In this document: positions 1-10,085 of the stretch, piece by piece
Numbering within the stretch: the stretch's first letter is position 1
Layout: every line of letters begins with the position of its first letter
From: Pseudomonadota bacterium
GTDB lineage: Bacteria > Pseudomonadota > Gammaproteobacteria > Pseudomonadales > UBA5862
Direction of reading: 5' to 3'
Assembly: GCA_034189125.1 (NCBI GenBank)
Contig: JAXHVB010000018.1
Span: forward strand, 775 to 64,774
DNA: 64,000 bases
Notes under the pieces: generated by a model
Seen by the model: the letters and a program-made list of their open reading frames with translations, nothing else
Told to the model about the DNA's origin: nothing
The model's database searches: none
Made by a program: the position numbers and the translations under genes

Positions 1-185
1 TTTGGGTGGTTCCACGCTGCCTGGACAGTGCCGTCGGCCCACAACAGCGCTTGAGGACCGCACTCCAGGCAGGAGTCGGCTAGGCTTAACGTCGGGGGGC
101 TGCGCTGTTGGCCGCCCGTCGATCAACGGATTCATCCACCCAGGGTTGCGCAGTCCGGCCCCCTCAACCCGACGGTCTTTTTGCC

Positions 186-899
186 TTGCGTACTCCGCTC
201 CGCCACCTTCGTACTCCTTTCCAGTCTGTGTCCCCCCGCCTGCACATCGCCCTGCAGGTGCCGGCAACCCTGGCGGTGGTGGCCTGGGTACCCGGCAATG
301 TGGCCAAGTTGGTCCTGTTGGTGGCCCTCTGGGCGCTGACCTTCGGCCGTGTGAGGCGCAGCGAAGCGGCGCTGTTCCTCGGTGCTTGCGTGCTGTTCAC
401 TGGGATGAATGCCATGGCGCTGCGCCAGGGGATCTTTCGGTTCAGTGAGCCGGATGTGCTCGGCATGCCCCTGTACGAGCTGGGGATGTGGGGGTTCTAT
501 CTGCTGCACACTCGCCGCCTCTGGCCCGCGCCCGCAGCGGCATTGCCGGGCTGGATCTTGTGGCTCACCATGGCGTGCTTCGCGCTGTCATTCGTGGCCA
601 TCACCGACTCGCTTTGGCTGCTGGTGGCCAGCGGGCTCGCGCTGGCGTCGGCCGTGGCGCTGAGCCACCGTGGACCGGACCTGGTGCACGCCGCCTATAT
701 GGTGGTGCTGGGCCTCTTGGTCGAAGCCACCGGGGTGGCTTCGGGCCAGTGGAGCTACCCCAGCAACCCGCCCCTTGGCGTCCCGCTCTGGTTTATGACC
801 CTGTGGGGCGGGGTGGGATACTTTGCCAGCCGCGTCGCCTGGCCCTGGTTTGTGCGGCTCGACACCGCCGACAACAAGGCGGAACCGCATGCCCGGTGA
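186..899 (+). CDS. Uncharacterised multi-pass membrane protein (start codon uncertain)
   Basis: Frame-3 ORF with hydrophobic segments (LVLLVALWALTFG, GWILWLTMACFALSFVAI, HAAYMVVLGLLVEA); in-frame stop at about 81 limits the N-terminus; the exact start is not resolved. Confidence 0.6.
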   Translation: MRTPLRHLRTPFQSVSPRLHIALQVPATLAVVAWVPGNVAKLVLLVALWALTFGRVRRSEAALFLGACVLFTGMNAMALRQGIFRFSEPDVLGMPLYELGMWGFYLLHTRRLWPAPAAALPGWILWLTMACFALSFVAITDSLWLLVASGLALASAVALSHRGPDLVHAAYMVVLGLLVEATGVASGQWSYPSNPPLGVPLWFMTLWGGVGYFASRVAWPWFVRLDTADNKAEPHAR

Positions 900-960
900 G
901 CACGCCAGTAGGCTCTCGCGCCGCCAGTGGCGCCTTGCATAGAAGGAGTGGCCTTGGACC

Positions 961-2598
961 ATGGATGATTTGACCGCAGCCCTGCGCGCCGCATTTGCGC
1001 CCGAGCAGCTCTCATTGAACCCGGCGGACTGCGACCGCTACCTGTGCAACACCATGGGGGCGCGTCGCCAATTGCTGGGGGCCGTACGCCCCGCCGACAC
1101 CGCAGAAGTGCAGCGGCTGGTGTGCATCGCACGCGAGCAGGGCGCGCCCCTGTACCCCATCAGCACCGGCAACAACTGGGGGTATGGCACCGCCTTGCCG
1201 GCGCTCGATGGCTGCCTGCTGGTGGACCTCTCGGGCCTCAACCGCATCGTCCATTTTGACCCTGACCTCGCCACGGTCACCCTGGAGCCTGGCGTGACCC
1301 AGGGCATGTTGTTCGACTTTTTGGCGCAACAGCCGGAACGGTTTCTGGTGCCCACCACTGGGGCTGGGCCCCAGTGCAGCCTGGTGGGCAATGCCCTGGA
1401 GCGTGGCTACGGCATCACGCCGGTCGCCGACCACTTCGCGGCGGTGCAGTCGGTTGAGGCGGTGCTCGGCAGCGGCGACCTCTACCAGGGTCCCTTCGAG
1501 GGCCTGGGTGCGACCACCGTGGAACGCTGTTTCAAGTGGGGACTGGGGCCCTATATCGATGGGCTTTTCGGCCAGTTCGGCGCTGGGATCGTGACCCGCA
1601 TGACGTTTCAATTGGCGCCGGTGCCCACCAAAATTCAGGCGTTTTACTTCTGGATGGATGCAGACTCGGGGCTGGATGCCGCTGTCGCTGCAGTGCGTGA
1701 CCTGCAACACCGGTTGCCCGGGGTGCTCGGTTCGATCAACCTGATGAACGCGCGCCGCCTGCTGTCCATGATGGGGCCATATCCGCGCGATCAGGTGCGC
1801 CCCGGCACCGTCATGTCCGAGGCCTTGGTGGCCGATCTGGCCCGCGAAAACCGGGTGTCGGCCTGGATGGGCTTTGGTGCGCTCTATGGTGAGGCACCGG
1901 TGGTTGCTGGAGCGCGGCGGGTGGTGCGTCAACGGCTCAAGGGGGTTGCGGACCGCAGCCTGTTCGTCAGCCCCAATACAGTGGCACGACTGCGGCCTTG
2001 GGCCGAACGGTTGCCCTTCGCCTGGGGCCGCAAGCTCGCCGACCTTGCCGGAACCCTGGACCGAAGCCTGCGTCTGGTGGCCGGTGAACCGAGTGAAATC
2101 GCGCTGCCACTGGCGTATTGGCGCCTCAGTGGCGATCGAACCCCGGATGCGGGGCTGAGTCCCGCAGAGGACGGCGCGGGCTTGCTGTGGTACGCACCGT
2201 TGGTGCCCATGCAACCCGAAGCGGTCGCTGCCTACCGGGGCATGGTCGAACGGGTCTGCACTGCGCATGGCATCGAACCGCTCGTGACCTTCACCTCGCT
2301 GTCGGCGCGCTGTTTTGACAGCACGGTGCCAATCCTGTTCGACCCTAAAGAACCCGGCGCCCGCGAGCGCGCCCACGCCTGCTTCGAGGCACTTTTTGCC
2401 GAGGGCAAGGCGTTGGGGTTTGTGCCTTATCGGCTCAATATCGAAGCCCAGCGCAGCGCCATCGACTACGACAGCACCTACTGGAAGTTGGTCGGGCGCA
2501 TCAAGCAGGCCATGGATCCGGACAACCTGATTGCGCCAGGGCGCTATGCACCGGTTGAGCTGCCGGGCAGTGCTGGGCAGGGCAATATCGGGGGCTAG
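961..2598 (+). CDS. FAD-binding oxidoreductase, VAO/4-cresol dehydrogenase-like
   Basis: 545 aa; FAD-binding-type segments YPISTGNNWGYGTALP, VTLEPGVTQGMLFDFL and GNALERGYGITP; C-terminal LIAPGRY. Confidence 0.8.
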   Translation: MDDLTAALRAAFAPEQLSLNPADCDRYLCNTMGARRQLLGAVRPADTAEVQRLVCIAREQGAPLYPISTGNNWGYGTALPALDGCLLVDLSGLNRIVHFDPDLATVTLEPGVTQGMLFDFLAQQPERFLVPTTGAGPQCSLVGNALERGYGITPVADHFAAVQSVEAVLGSGDLYQGPFEGLGATTVERCFKWGLGPYIDGLFGQFGAGIVTRMTFQLAPVPTKIQAFYFWMDADSGLDAAVAAVRDLQHRLPGVLGSINLMNARRLLSMMGPYPRDQVRPGTVMSEALVADLARENRVSAWMGFGALYGEAPVVAGARRVVRQRLKGVADRSLFVSPNTVARLRPWAERLPFAWGRKLADLAGTLDRSLRLVAGEPSEIALPLAYWRLSGDRTPDAGLSPAEDGAGLLWYAPLVPMQPEAVAAYRGMVERVCTAHGIEPLVTFTSLSARCFDSTVPILFDPKEPGARERAHACFEALFAEGKALGFVPYRLNIEAQRSAIDYDSTYWKLVGRIKQAMDPDNLIAPGRYAPVELPGSAGQGNIGG

Positions 2599-4895
2599 CC
2601 CGGCCGCGCCTGGGCCGGTCGGGATGTTCTCCACAGCAGCAGCGGCATCAGGATGAACAGGTCAATGATCCACGCCAGTGCGATGATCAGCGCGGTCATC
2701 CAGCCGAGGTGGATGTTCTGCTTGAAGTCCGAGACTGTCAGCAGCCAAAACGCCGGGACCAGCGAAGCTGTGGTGAGGGTCACTGCCTGTCCGACATTGC
2801 GCAGCGTGTGACGCACCGCCTCTTCGGGTGCACGGCCTTTGGCGCGTTGGCGCCGGTAGTGCGTAAGCAGGTGGATGCTGTCATCGACCACGATGCCGAG
2901 CGTCATGCCCATCACGGTCGACAGGGTGATGCCCACCTCCCCGACGACAAACCCCCAGAGGCCAAAGGCAGCGGCGCCGGGCAGGAGGTTGGCGCAGAAG
3001 CTGAGCGCCCCCAAGCGCCAGGACCTGAGCACAGCGACCATCAACACCGAGATGGCCACCAGCACCACCAACGTGCTGCCCATCATTTCCGAGAAGTTGC
3101 GGTGGGACAGGGTCGCAAACATCCAGTCCGGCCCACTGACGCGGGCAGCGGCCATAGAATCTGGCGCTTGGCGCGCCAAGCGTTCACTCGCGCGCTCGGC
3201 GAACCGGCGTAGGGACTCGCTGTCGGTCTTGTGCAGACTGACGCCCACCCGACTCGCGGATTTGTCGAGGTTGACCTGGTGGGTGGGATCGAGCCCAAAG
3301 GGCAATGACATCTCATAGAGCAAAAAGTACTGCGCGATCAGGTCGCGCCGCTGGGGCAGCGCCGGCTGTTGCGGCTGGCCACCATTCAGTTCTCGGTGCA
3401 GGTCGGTGATGGTGTCGCTGACCACCGCCACCTGGGCGACTTCCGGCTGGTCCCGAAGCCAGGCAGCAAAGCCGGCCAGGTGGTTCAGGTAGTCGGGGTC
3501 GAACACGCCCTCCGGGCCGTTTGCCGGAACCGACCATTCGAGGCGGCTCACCCCGGTCAGTTGGGCGTCGATCCAGTCCGAGTCGGCACGAAAATCGAGC
3601 GCCGGGTCGAAGAAATCGATGAGGGTGTCGTTGAGTTGGTTGCGTGCCACCCCCGTACTGGCTGCCACACCGAGGACCAAGAGGGTGGTGGAGATCCACC
3701 GCGGATGATGAAGAATGAGGTGCTCTGCCGCGCCCAGCGCACCCGTGGGGCGTTGGTGGCTGCGCCGGACAGGAACCGGCAGGCGCAAAATCAACCGTGG
3801 CAGCACCGCCAGCGAGAACAGGCAGGCGAATCCCACGCCAAGCGCGACGATCACGCCGATCCACTGGATCGGCGGGGAGCTGCTCAAAGTGAGCGACAGA
3901 AACCCGACAGCCGTGGTGAGGCTGGTCAGCAACACCGGGGTGCGGTTGTGGGCCAGGCTCGCCTGCATTGCCGTTGGTCGTGCCTCCCCGACACGCGGGT
4001 GTTGGAGGTAGCTTGAGACGATGTGGATGCAGTCAGCGATCGCCAATGGCAGCACCATGGCGGTGGCGGCTGCGACATCCGGCGTGAACCTTGGGGCGAA
4101 CCAGCCGACGGTGCCGAGCGCCGAGAGCAACGAAGCCCCGACCACCGCCAAAATGACCCCAACGTAGGCCAGGCTGCGCAGGGCTGCATAGAGCACTGTG
4201 ACCACCAACAGCACCATCAGCGGATACAGGCGCATGCTGTCCGCGCGGGCGGTCTCGGCCAGGGTCACATCCGAGACCAGGGAGCCGGTCAGGGCGATGC
4301 GGTGGTCGGGGTGCGCGGCGCGAAACCGATCAAGGGTTTGTTGCAATGCGGCGCCGCTGAGCTGTTTGGCCTGGTCCGGTTGGCCCTCGGGGAACCGAAA
4401 CGCGACTTGGATTCCTGCAGTGCGCCCGTCTTGACTCACCAACCGGGCGGCAGTGCTCGGTGCCTCTTGCAGCCACCGAAGCCGGGTGTGCCGTGTAGCG
4501 GAATCCAGCGTCTCCGGGTCGTCAAACAGGGGTTCGATGCGGACATCCTCGCCGTCGGCCCGGATGTGGGCGTGGTTGACCAGAGAGTCCACCCGCTGGG
4601 AGTGCGGCAAGGTCCAGAGGGCCTCGGTGAGCCCATGCAGCAGTTGCAAGGTGTCGATAGAAGTCAGGTCCGCATCGGCGGGCTGAACCGCGATGAGTGC
4701 GTAGTCGGTGGCTGAAAAGGCGTGTTCCAGCTCCTGGTAGGCCAACAGATCAGGGTCATCCGCGGAAAAGTAGCTGCGGTAGTCGGCCGAGACCTGAATT
4801 TGCCCCAGCCCCAGCGCCATGACCGCGGCCCAGAGCGCGGCAATCCCCAGCAGCCACCACCGCGGTGACGCCGATCTGTGCGCCCGTGTGGACAT
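2595..4895 (-). CDS. RND/MMPL superfamily exporter
   Basis: 766 aa with two repeated TM blocks; motifs such as VMGMTLGIVVDDSIHLLTHYRR and MVLPLAIADCIHIVSSYL; large extracytoplasmic loops. Confidence 0.88.
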   Translation of the reverse strand: MSTRAHRSASPRWWLLGIAALWAAVMALGLGQIQVSADYRSYFSADDPDLLAYQELEHAFSATDYALIAVQPADADLTSIDTLQLLHGLTEALWTLPHSQRVDSLVNHAHIRADGEDVRIEPLFDDPETLDSATRHTRLRWLQEAPSTAARLVSQDGRTAGIQVAFRFPEGQPDQAKQLSGAALQQTLDRFRAAHPDHRIALTGSLVSDVTLAETARADSMRLYPLMVLLVVTVLYAALRSLAYVGVILAVVGASLLSALGTVGWFAPRFTPDVAAATAMVLPLAIADCIHIVSSYLQHPRVGEARPTAMQASLAHNRTPVLLTSLTTAVGFLSLTLSSSPPIQWIGVIVALGVGFACLFSLAVLPRLILRLPVPVRRSHQRPTGALGAAEHLILHHPRWISTTLLVLGVAASTGVARNQLNDTLIDFFDPALDFRADSDWIDAQLTGVSRLEWSVPANGPEGVFDPDYLNHLAGFAAWLRDQPEVAQVAVVSDTITDLHRELNGGQPQQPALPQRRDLIAQYFLLYEMSLPFGLDPTHQVNLDKSASRVGVSLHKTDSESLRRFAERASERLARQAPDSMAAARVSGPDWMFATLSHRNFSEMMGSTLVVLVAISVLMVAVLRSWRLGALSFCANLLPGAAAFGLWGFVVGEVGITLSTVMGMTLGIVVDDSIHLLTHYRRQRAKGRAPEEAVRHTLRNVGQAVTLTTASLVPAFWLLTVSDFKQNIHLGWMTALIIALAWIIDLFILMPLLLWRTSRPAQARPG

Positions 4896-5738
4896 CTAGT
4901 TCAGCGGCAGCCCCGCAGTTGTTGTCGTGAAACGGTCAATCAGGGCGTTGATAATTTCCGCGACATCGGGGTTCAGCGCTTGGCTTAGGCCTTGCTCGGT
5001 GATGATGAAGGGTGCGCGCTTGCCATGGTAGTCGGCGACCTCGCCAATTTGCTCGAACCGGATGCCGTGGATCTTCAGGTTGCGGTAGAGGCGTGGTTCC
5101 ATCATCACGAAGACTGCATCCAGCTGGCCGCGGCGGTGCAGGATTTCCGCCACAGCGGCAATGGACAGGTAGATGCCGAGCGCAATGAACGGCAGGGTGC
5201 GGCGTGTTTGCTGGGCATCAACGCTGGGGTTGCTTTCCCCGACCGACCCAGCCGGAAGGCGCAGGTCCTGTTGGCGGCGGCGGAATTGGGCACGCACGGC
5301 GAGCCTTGAGATTTCACCGCAACGCCCCGCATCGTCTTCGAGTCGCTCGCGCCACTGTGGGGCGATGCACTGCCAGCAGTGTTGGTACAGGGGAAGTCGT
5401 TGCAGCGATCGCTCTCCGCCCGGCGTGACCAAGCGGGCACTGCCGGCGAACACGGCAGACGCGTTGTGTTTCAGGAGCACGTGGTGGGCATGGGCGTCGT
5501 GCGGGTCCACCTCAAGGCCATTGGCGGTGCGGGGCTCGAAGCCGAACTCTTCGCAGTACACTTCGTGGCGGATTCGTTGGGTTTCCTGCACCAGTTCGGG
5601 GTTGTCGGCATAGAGGGGCGTATAGACCGGGGTAAAGTACCCGAAGAACGATTCAGCCACCGCCCCCGAGTTCGACTGAACCTGCGCCCTGGCTTTGGTG
5701 GAATCTGGATTGTGCGGTGGCTGCTTGTTGGGTTCCAT
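4896..5738 (-). CDS. PEP-CTERM/exosortase system-associated acyltransferase (GNAT-like)
   Basis: ATG at 5738 gives 280 aa beginning MEPNKQPPHN; RIRHEVYCEEFGFEP...GEISRLAVRAQFRRR resembles LuxI-like/exosortase acyltransferases. The longer track ORF (to 6548) overlaps a divergent gene and is probably over-extended. Confidence 0.82.
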   Translation of the reverse strand: MEPNKQPPHNPDSTKARAQVQSNSGAVAESFFGYFTPVYTPLYADNPELVQETQRIRHEVYCEEFGFEPRTANGLEVDPHDAHAHHVLLKHNASAVFAGSARLVTPGGERSLQRLPLYQHCWQCIAPQWRERLEDDAGRCGEISRLAVRAQFRRRQQDLRLPAGSVGESNPSVDAQQTRRTLPFIALGIYLSIAAVAEILHRRGQLDAVFVMMEPRLYRNLKIHGIRFEQIGEVADYHGKRAPFIITEQGLSQALNPDVAEIINALIDRFTTTTAGLPLN

Positions 5739-5909
5739 GGTGGGCAAGAGGCAGTTGAAGGGGTGGTGTCTGGGGTCAGTGACATTTGGAGAGGGCGCGC
5801 GCCCCGCCTTTTCGGCGGATAGGGGGCCATGTCTGCACCGGTCCAGAAGCGGTGCGCCGCTAGACCGGTGCGACCGCGCCACGTAAAGTGTAGTGCATCG
5901 GCGCTGGCA

Positions 5910-6653
5910 ATGGGCGATTGGGGGGCAGCTGTGTTCGACGAGCGCTACGATGTTTTGTTGGCTCGAACGCCCGCAACGGAAGCGGCGCACCATTGGGTGC
6001 GGTACAAGGTGTACTGTGAAGAGCGCGGGTTCGAGCCGCGGGACCGATTCCCCGACCAGCAAGAGCGCGACGGTTGGGATGACGATGCGGTGAAGTTTGT
6101 GGTCAAGCACCGCGGGTGGGAGGAGTACACCGCCGCTGTTCGGCTGGTCCAGGGTGGCTCTGCCGGCTTTCCGGCCGAGCACTACTGTGAATTGGACCAG
6201 GACCACCTGCGCTGCGTGGAGCCTGGGCAGGTGGCTGAGTTGTCGCGGCTGTGCGTGGTCAATGGCACCCGTCAGGATTTTTGGCCAGGTCCAACTGTAA
6301 GGCGCGCAGATTCCACCGCCAACCCAGCCACCGTGGTGGGGATTTTCTGGGGCCTGATGCGGGCTGCTCTGCGGTACAGCGAGCGCCACGACATTCGCCA
6401 CTGGTACTTCGTGACCACCCGCGGCATGGCGAAAATCCTGCAGCGCAACCTCATCGAGAGTGAATGCATTGGCGCGCCCTGCGTGCTGGGGGGGTTGCGG
6501 TACCCGTATCTCGTGGACGTGCATGCCTCCCGGCAACGAATCCTTCAATCATCCTCCCGGCTGGCGGGGTTTTACCGGGCCGATGCCCCCTACCATGTAG
6601 GGCACCACACCCCCGAGGAAGACCGGCAGGCCTCCTTGTCGCCCTTGCTATAG
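5910..6653 (+). CDS. PEP-CTERM/exosortase system-associated acyltransferase, second paralog
   Basis: VRYKVYCEERGFEPRDRFP...VAELSRLCVVNGTR parallels the gene at 4896-5738; MGDWGAA start chosen (ORF open from 5829). Confidence 0.78.
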   Translation: MGDWGAAVFDERYDVLLARTPATEAAHHWVRYKVYCEERGFEPRDRFPDQQERDGWDDDAVKFVVKHRGWEEYTAAVRLVQGGSAGFPAEHYCELDQDHLRCVEPGQVAELSRLCVVNGTRQDFWPGPTVRRADSTANPATVVGIFWGLMRAALRYSERHDIRHWYFVTTRGMAKILQRNLIESECIGAPCVLGGLRYPYLVDVHASRQRILQSSSRLAGFYRADAPYHVGHHTPEEDRQASLSPLL

Positions 6654-6827
6654 CCTCGTAAGACGATATGGCCAGCACGCGCCTCAGTTGTCGGTCGTGG
6701 GGCCCGCGATCCTCTTGTTTTGGGGTTTCGCGCCAAATGGAGTTGCAGGCGTGAAGCCGGTATCCTGTCCGCCGCTGTGCCTTGGGTTCCCAGGCGGCGC
6801 GCCGCTCTTGGGTTTGGGCACTCTGCA

Positions 6828-6833
6828 TACAAT
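6828..6833 (+). promoter_or_regulatory. Candidate -10 element (TACAAT) upstream of the export operon
   Basis: TACAAT about 70 bp upstream of the lipoprotein start in the about 250 bp intergenic region; no convincing -35 at 17 bp spacing. Confidence 0.2.
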
Positions 6834-6902
6834 TTCGTCTACGCTTTAAACCGTTACCCGGTGGTTCATACCGCTGGGTGTGATTGCTCAAGGGGATTTC
6901 GA

Positions 6903-7538
6903 ATGACTGTGCGACGCACGTTGAGACTGGGACTGGTGGCTGCCGCGGTGGCCGTGCTAAGCGCGTGCAGCTCAGGGCTGCAAACCCTGCCGTCCGCGAC
7001 GCTGCGCCCATCGATCAATGTGGTTCAACAGGACTACGACTACTTGATCGGCCCCGGTGACAGCCTGCAGATTTTCGTTTGGAACAACCCCGAGGTGTCC
7101 ATGGGGGTCACCGTGCGGCCTGATGGAAAGATCAGCACGCCGTTGGTTGAGGACCTTGAAGTCAGCGGCATCACACCGACGGAAATGGCGCGCAAAGTTG
7201 AGGTGGTGCTCAGCCGGTACATCAAGGACCCCATCGTTACAGTCATCGCCGGTGGGTTCATTGGACCCTACGCGGAGCAGGTGCGCATCATCGGCGCTGC
7301 CAGTGCGCCCCAGTCGCTTCCCTACCGTGAGCACATGACAGTGCTGGATGTGATGATCGCCGTCGGAGGGTTGACGGACTTTGCCGCTGGCAACAGCACG
7401 CGGCTCATCCGCATTGAGGATGGGGCGCAGCAAGAGTACCGCGTTCGCTTGGAGGACCTGGTGCGCGATGGGGACATCAGCGCCAATGTGGACCTGAAGC
7501 CAGGTGACATCCTGATCATTCCTGAAGCCTGGTTTTGA
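6903..7538 (+). CDS. XrtA/PEP-CTERM-associated polysaccharide export lipoprotein (Wza-like)
   Basis: Lipobox AVLSACSS; Poly_export/SLBB-like YLIGPGDSLQIFVWNNPEVS...VRPDGKISTPLVEDLEVSG. Confidence 0.92.
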   Translation: MTVRRTLRLGLVAAAVAVLSACSSGLQTLPSATLRPSINVVQQDYDYLIGPGDSLQIFVWNNPEVSMGVTVRPDGKISTPLVEDLEVSGITPTEMARKVEVVLSRYIKDPIVTVIAGGFIGPYAEQVRIIGAASAPQSLPYREHMTVLDVMIAVGGLTDFAAGNSTRLIRIEDGAQQEYRVRLEDLVRDGDISANVDLKPGDILIIPEAWF

Positions 7539-7641
7539 CCCCGGTGCTTGTTGGTGGCGCGCAATGTTGCCTGTGGATGCGCCTGTGGTCAGACACAAAC
7601 TTTCAACCCCTTGAACACTGAGCAGCCTGCGGAAGGACGCG

Positions 7642-9189
7642 ATGCAAGAACAGCTTGAGTTGGTGCTTTCCTATGCCCGGGGCGTCTGGAAACGGCGGTG
7701 GTGGGTATTGGCGATCGCGTGGCTGGTCGCCGTGGTCGGTTGGGTGTTCGTGCAGCGGCTGCCGGATGAATACGAATCGAGTGCGCGGGTGTACGTGGAC
7801 ACCCAAAGTCTGCTCAAGCCGCTGCTGCGTGGACTCACCATTCAAATGGACGTGGGTCAGGAAATTCGTCTGATGGAGCGAACCCTGCTCAGTCGACCCA
7901 ACCTTGAAAAAATCGTGCGGATGACCGATCTGGACCTGGCGGCGACCACTGACGTGGAGTATGAGGCCCTGCTCAACCGCCTGAAGGGCAACATCGAGAT
8001 GTCCAAAGACAGCCGCCAAAACCTGTATTCGATCTCCTACTCGGACTCCGACCCAGAGCAGGCGAAGCGGGTGGTTCAAGCGGTGGTGACAACCTTCATC
8101 GAAAACACCATCGGCGAGCGCCGCGACAGCACGGCGACGGCCAGTGCGCAGCGCTTTCTGGACAAACAGATCAGCGAATACGAGCAGCGCCTGCGCGAAT
8201 CCGAGGCCCGGCTCAAGGAGTTCAAGCAGAACAATGTGGCCTTTATGTCAGGGTCAGGTGGCTATTTCCAACAGCTGCAGAATGCCCAAACGCAGCTCGA
8301 GACCGCCCGGCTGGAACTGAAGGAAGCCGAGGAGCGGCGCGACTCGATTCTGTGGCAACTGGAAAACGAAGAATCGGAAGACCTGCTGATGCCGGACTTT
8401 GGCCTGGGCTCGGGCGCTTCGGTCGCCACCCCGTACGATGGGCGCATCGAAAACCTCAACACCCAGCTCGATTCCATGTTGCTGCGGTACACCGAGCAGC
8501 ACCCGAGCGTCATTGAGTTGCGCCGCACCCTGGCGGAGTTGGAGAAACTGCGTGACGAGGAGGTTGCCCGCGCAACTTCGGCGGACCTCTCACCCAATGC
8601 GGATGACCGCGGGCCTTTTTATCAGCAGTTGCGATTGGCGCTCTCCCAAGCCGAGGCGACAGTGGCTTCGCTGACCGCCCGGGTGGCCAATTTCCAATCG
8701 AAAGCCGAGGCACTGCAGGCCAAGGTCGATACGGTGCCGGAAATCGAGGCCCAACTGACCGCTCTAAACCGGGACTACGGCATCACCAAGACCAAGTATG
8801 AGGAGCTGCTGAACCGGCGCGAGTCTGCACTGATGTCGCAGCGGGTCGAGGAAGATGTCAATGACATTCAGTTTCGCGTCATCGACCCACCCCGTGTTTC
8901 TGCAACGCCAACTGGACCCAATCGACCGCTGCTGATGGCCGGCGTGCTGGGTGTTGGCCTGGTGATCGGAGGCGGATTGGCCACCCTGTTTTCACTGCTC
9001 CGGCCCACGTTTACGAGCACCCTGCTACTTGGGCAAATCACAGGCGTGCAGGTGCTGGGGACGGTGTCCTACCAAGTCGCTACGGGAGAGGCGCGTCGAC
9101 AACACCGCTTGATGCTGGCTTTTTGGGGGGGGACGCTGATGCTGCTTGCGGCCTACTGCGCACTGGTTGCCTACAACCTGTTTTTGTAA
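7642..9189 (+). CDS. XrtA-associated polysaccharide chain-length determinant (Wzz-like)
   Basis: N- and C-terminal TMs, Wzz-type N-terminus (YARGVWKRRWWVLAIAWLVAVVGWVFV), coiled-coil centre, near-C-terminal FRVIDPPRVSATPTGPNRP. Confidence 0.92.
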   Translation: MQEQLELVLSYARGVWKRRWWVLAIAWLVAVVGWVFVQRLPDEYESSARVYVDTQSLLKPLLRGLTIQMDVGQEIRLMERTLLSRPNLEKIVRMTDLDLAATTDVEYEALLNRLKGNIEMSKDSRQNLYSISYSDSDPEQAKRVVQAVVTTFIENTIGERRDSTATASAQRFLDKQISEYEQRLRESEARLKEFKQNNVAFMSGSGGYFQQLQNAQTQLETARLELKEAEERRDSILWQLENEESEDLLMPDFGLGSGASVATPYDGRIENLNTQLDSMLLRYTEQHPSVIELRRTLAELEKLRDEEVARATSADLSPNADDRGPFYQQLRLALSQAEATVASLTARVANFQSKAEALQAKVDTVPEIEAQLTALNRDYGITKTKYEELLNRRESALMSQRVEEDVNDIQFRVIDPPRVSATPTGPNRPLLMAGVLGVGLVIGGGLATLFSLLRPTFTSTLLLGQITGVQVLGTVSYQVATGEARRQHRLMLAFWGGTLMLLAAYCALVAYNLFL

Positions 9190-9254
9190 CGCCCCGCCAT
9201 GGCCCTTGAGTCGTTGCACCCCGTACTGCTGGACCCACCATTGGAATCGCCCGT

Positions 9255-10085
9255 ATGGACACCATAGAGAAAGCACTGCAAAAGTTTGATCAAGCCCCCG
9301 GTGTGCCAGGTGCGGACCGAAACAGCCCGCCGCCGGATGGTGCAACCGCGCTGTCCTCGCGTTCAAGGGCGGAGATCAATTTCGACCAGCTGAGGGCGGA
9401 GGGGCTGCTGGTTCCCGACGATACGCGCACCCAGCTCAAGGAAGAGTTCCGTCACATCAAGCGCCCATTGCTGAAAAAACTGGCTGCCAACAGCGCGAAT
9501 GGCCGAACCCAGCACCGCAACATTGTGATGGTGACCAGTGCCCGTCCAGGAGAAGGAAAAACCTACAATGCCATCAATCTGGCACTGAGTGTCGCAGAAG
9601 AGCGAAACCGCCGTGTTCTGCTGATCGACGCGGATGTGTTGAAGCCGTCTGTTGGCAGGAAGCTCGGGCTGGAGGAGACCCGTGGCTTGGTGGATTACCT
9701 CACCGGTGAAGCGCAAGGACTCAGGGATCTGTTGCTCAAGACCAACATTCCGCAGTTTACCGTTATGCAATCCGGCAAACGGCACCACCTGACCACGGAA
9801 CTTCTTGCCAGTGACCGCATGCGGCAGTTGATCGACGAACTCGCGCAGCGGTACTCCGACCGCGTGGTGGTGTTCGACTGCCCACCGCTGCTCAGCACCA
9901 CGGAGGCGAGCGTGCTGGTGCAGTTGGCTGGTCAGGTGGTGATGGTGGTGGCCGAAGGCGAAACGACCCACTCCGAGGTCAACAAGTCGCTCGCCCTGAT
10001 TGGTTCCAAGACCGATGTCGGGGTGGTGTTGAACAAAAGCCGGGTTGGGCACGACGGGTACGGCTATTACTACTATGGGTCCTGA
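9255..10085 (+). CDS. XrtA-associated tyrosine autokinase (BY-kinase)
   Basis: Walker A-like TSARPGEGKTYNAINLA, Walker A' VLLIDADVLKPSVG, VVFDCPPLL; Tyr-containing tail YGYYYYGS. Confidence 0.92.
   Translation: MDTIEKALQKFDQAPGVPGADRNSPPPDGATALSSRSRAEINFDQLRAEGLLVPDDTRTQLKEEFRHIKRPLLKKLAANSANGRTQHRNIVMVTSARPGEGKTYNAINLALSVAEERNRRVLLIDADVLKPSVGRKLGLEETRGLVDYLTGEAQGLRDLLLKTNIPQFTVMQSGKRHHLTTELLASDRMRQLIDELAQRYSDRVVVFDCPPLLSTTEASVLVQLAGQVVMVVAEGETTHSEVNKSLALIGSKTDVGVVLNKSRVGHDGYGYYYYGS

Noticed and set aside
1012-2634. 540-aa - strand ORF antisense to the FAD oxidoreductase
   Set aside because: Shadow ORF; opposite strand has clear FAD-binding family features.
6821-6834. Possible sigma-54 -24/-12 site near TGGGCACTCTGCAT
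   Set aside because: GG and GC dinucleotide spacing does not match the GG-N10-GC consensus; retained only as a weak TACAAT -10 candidate.
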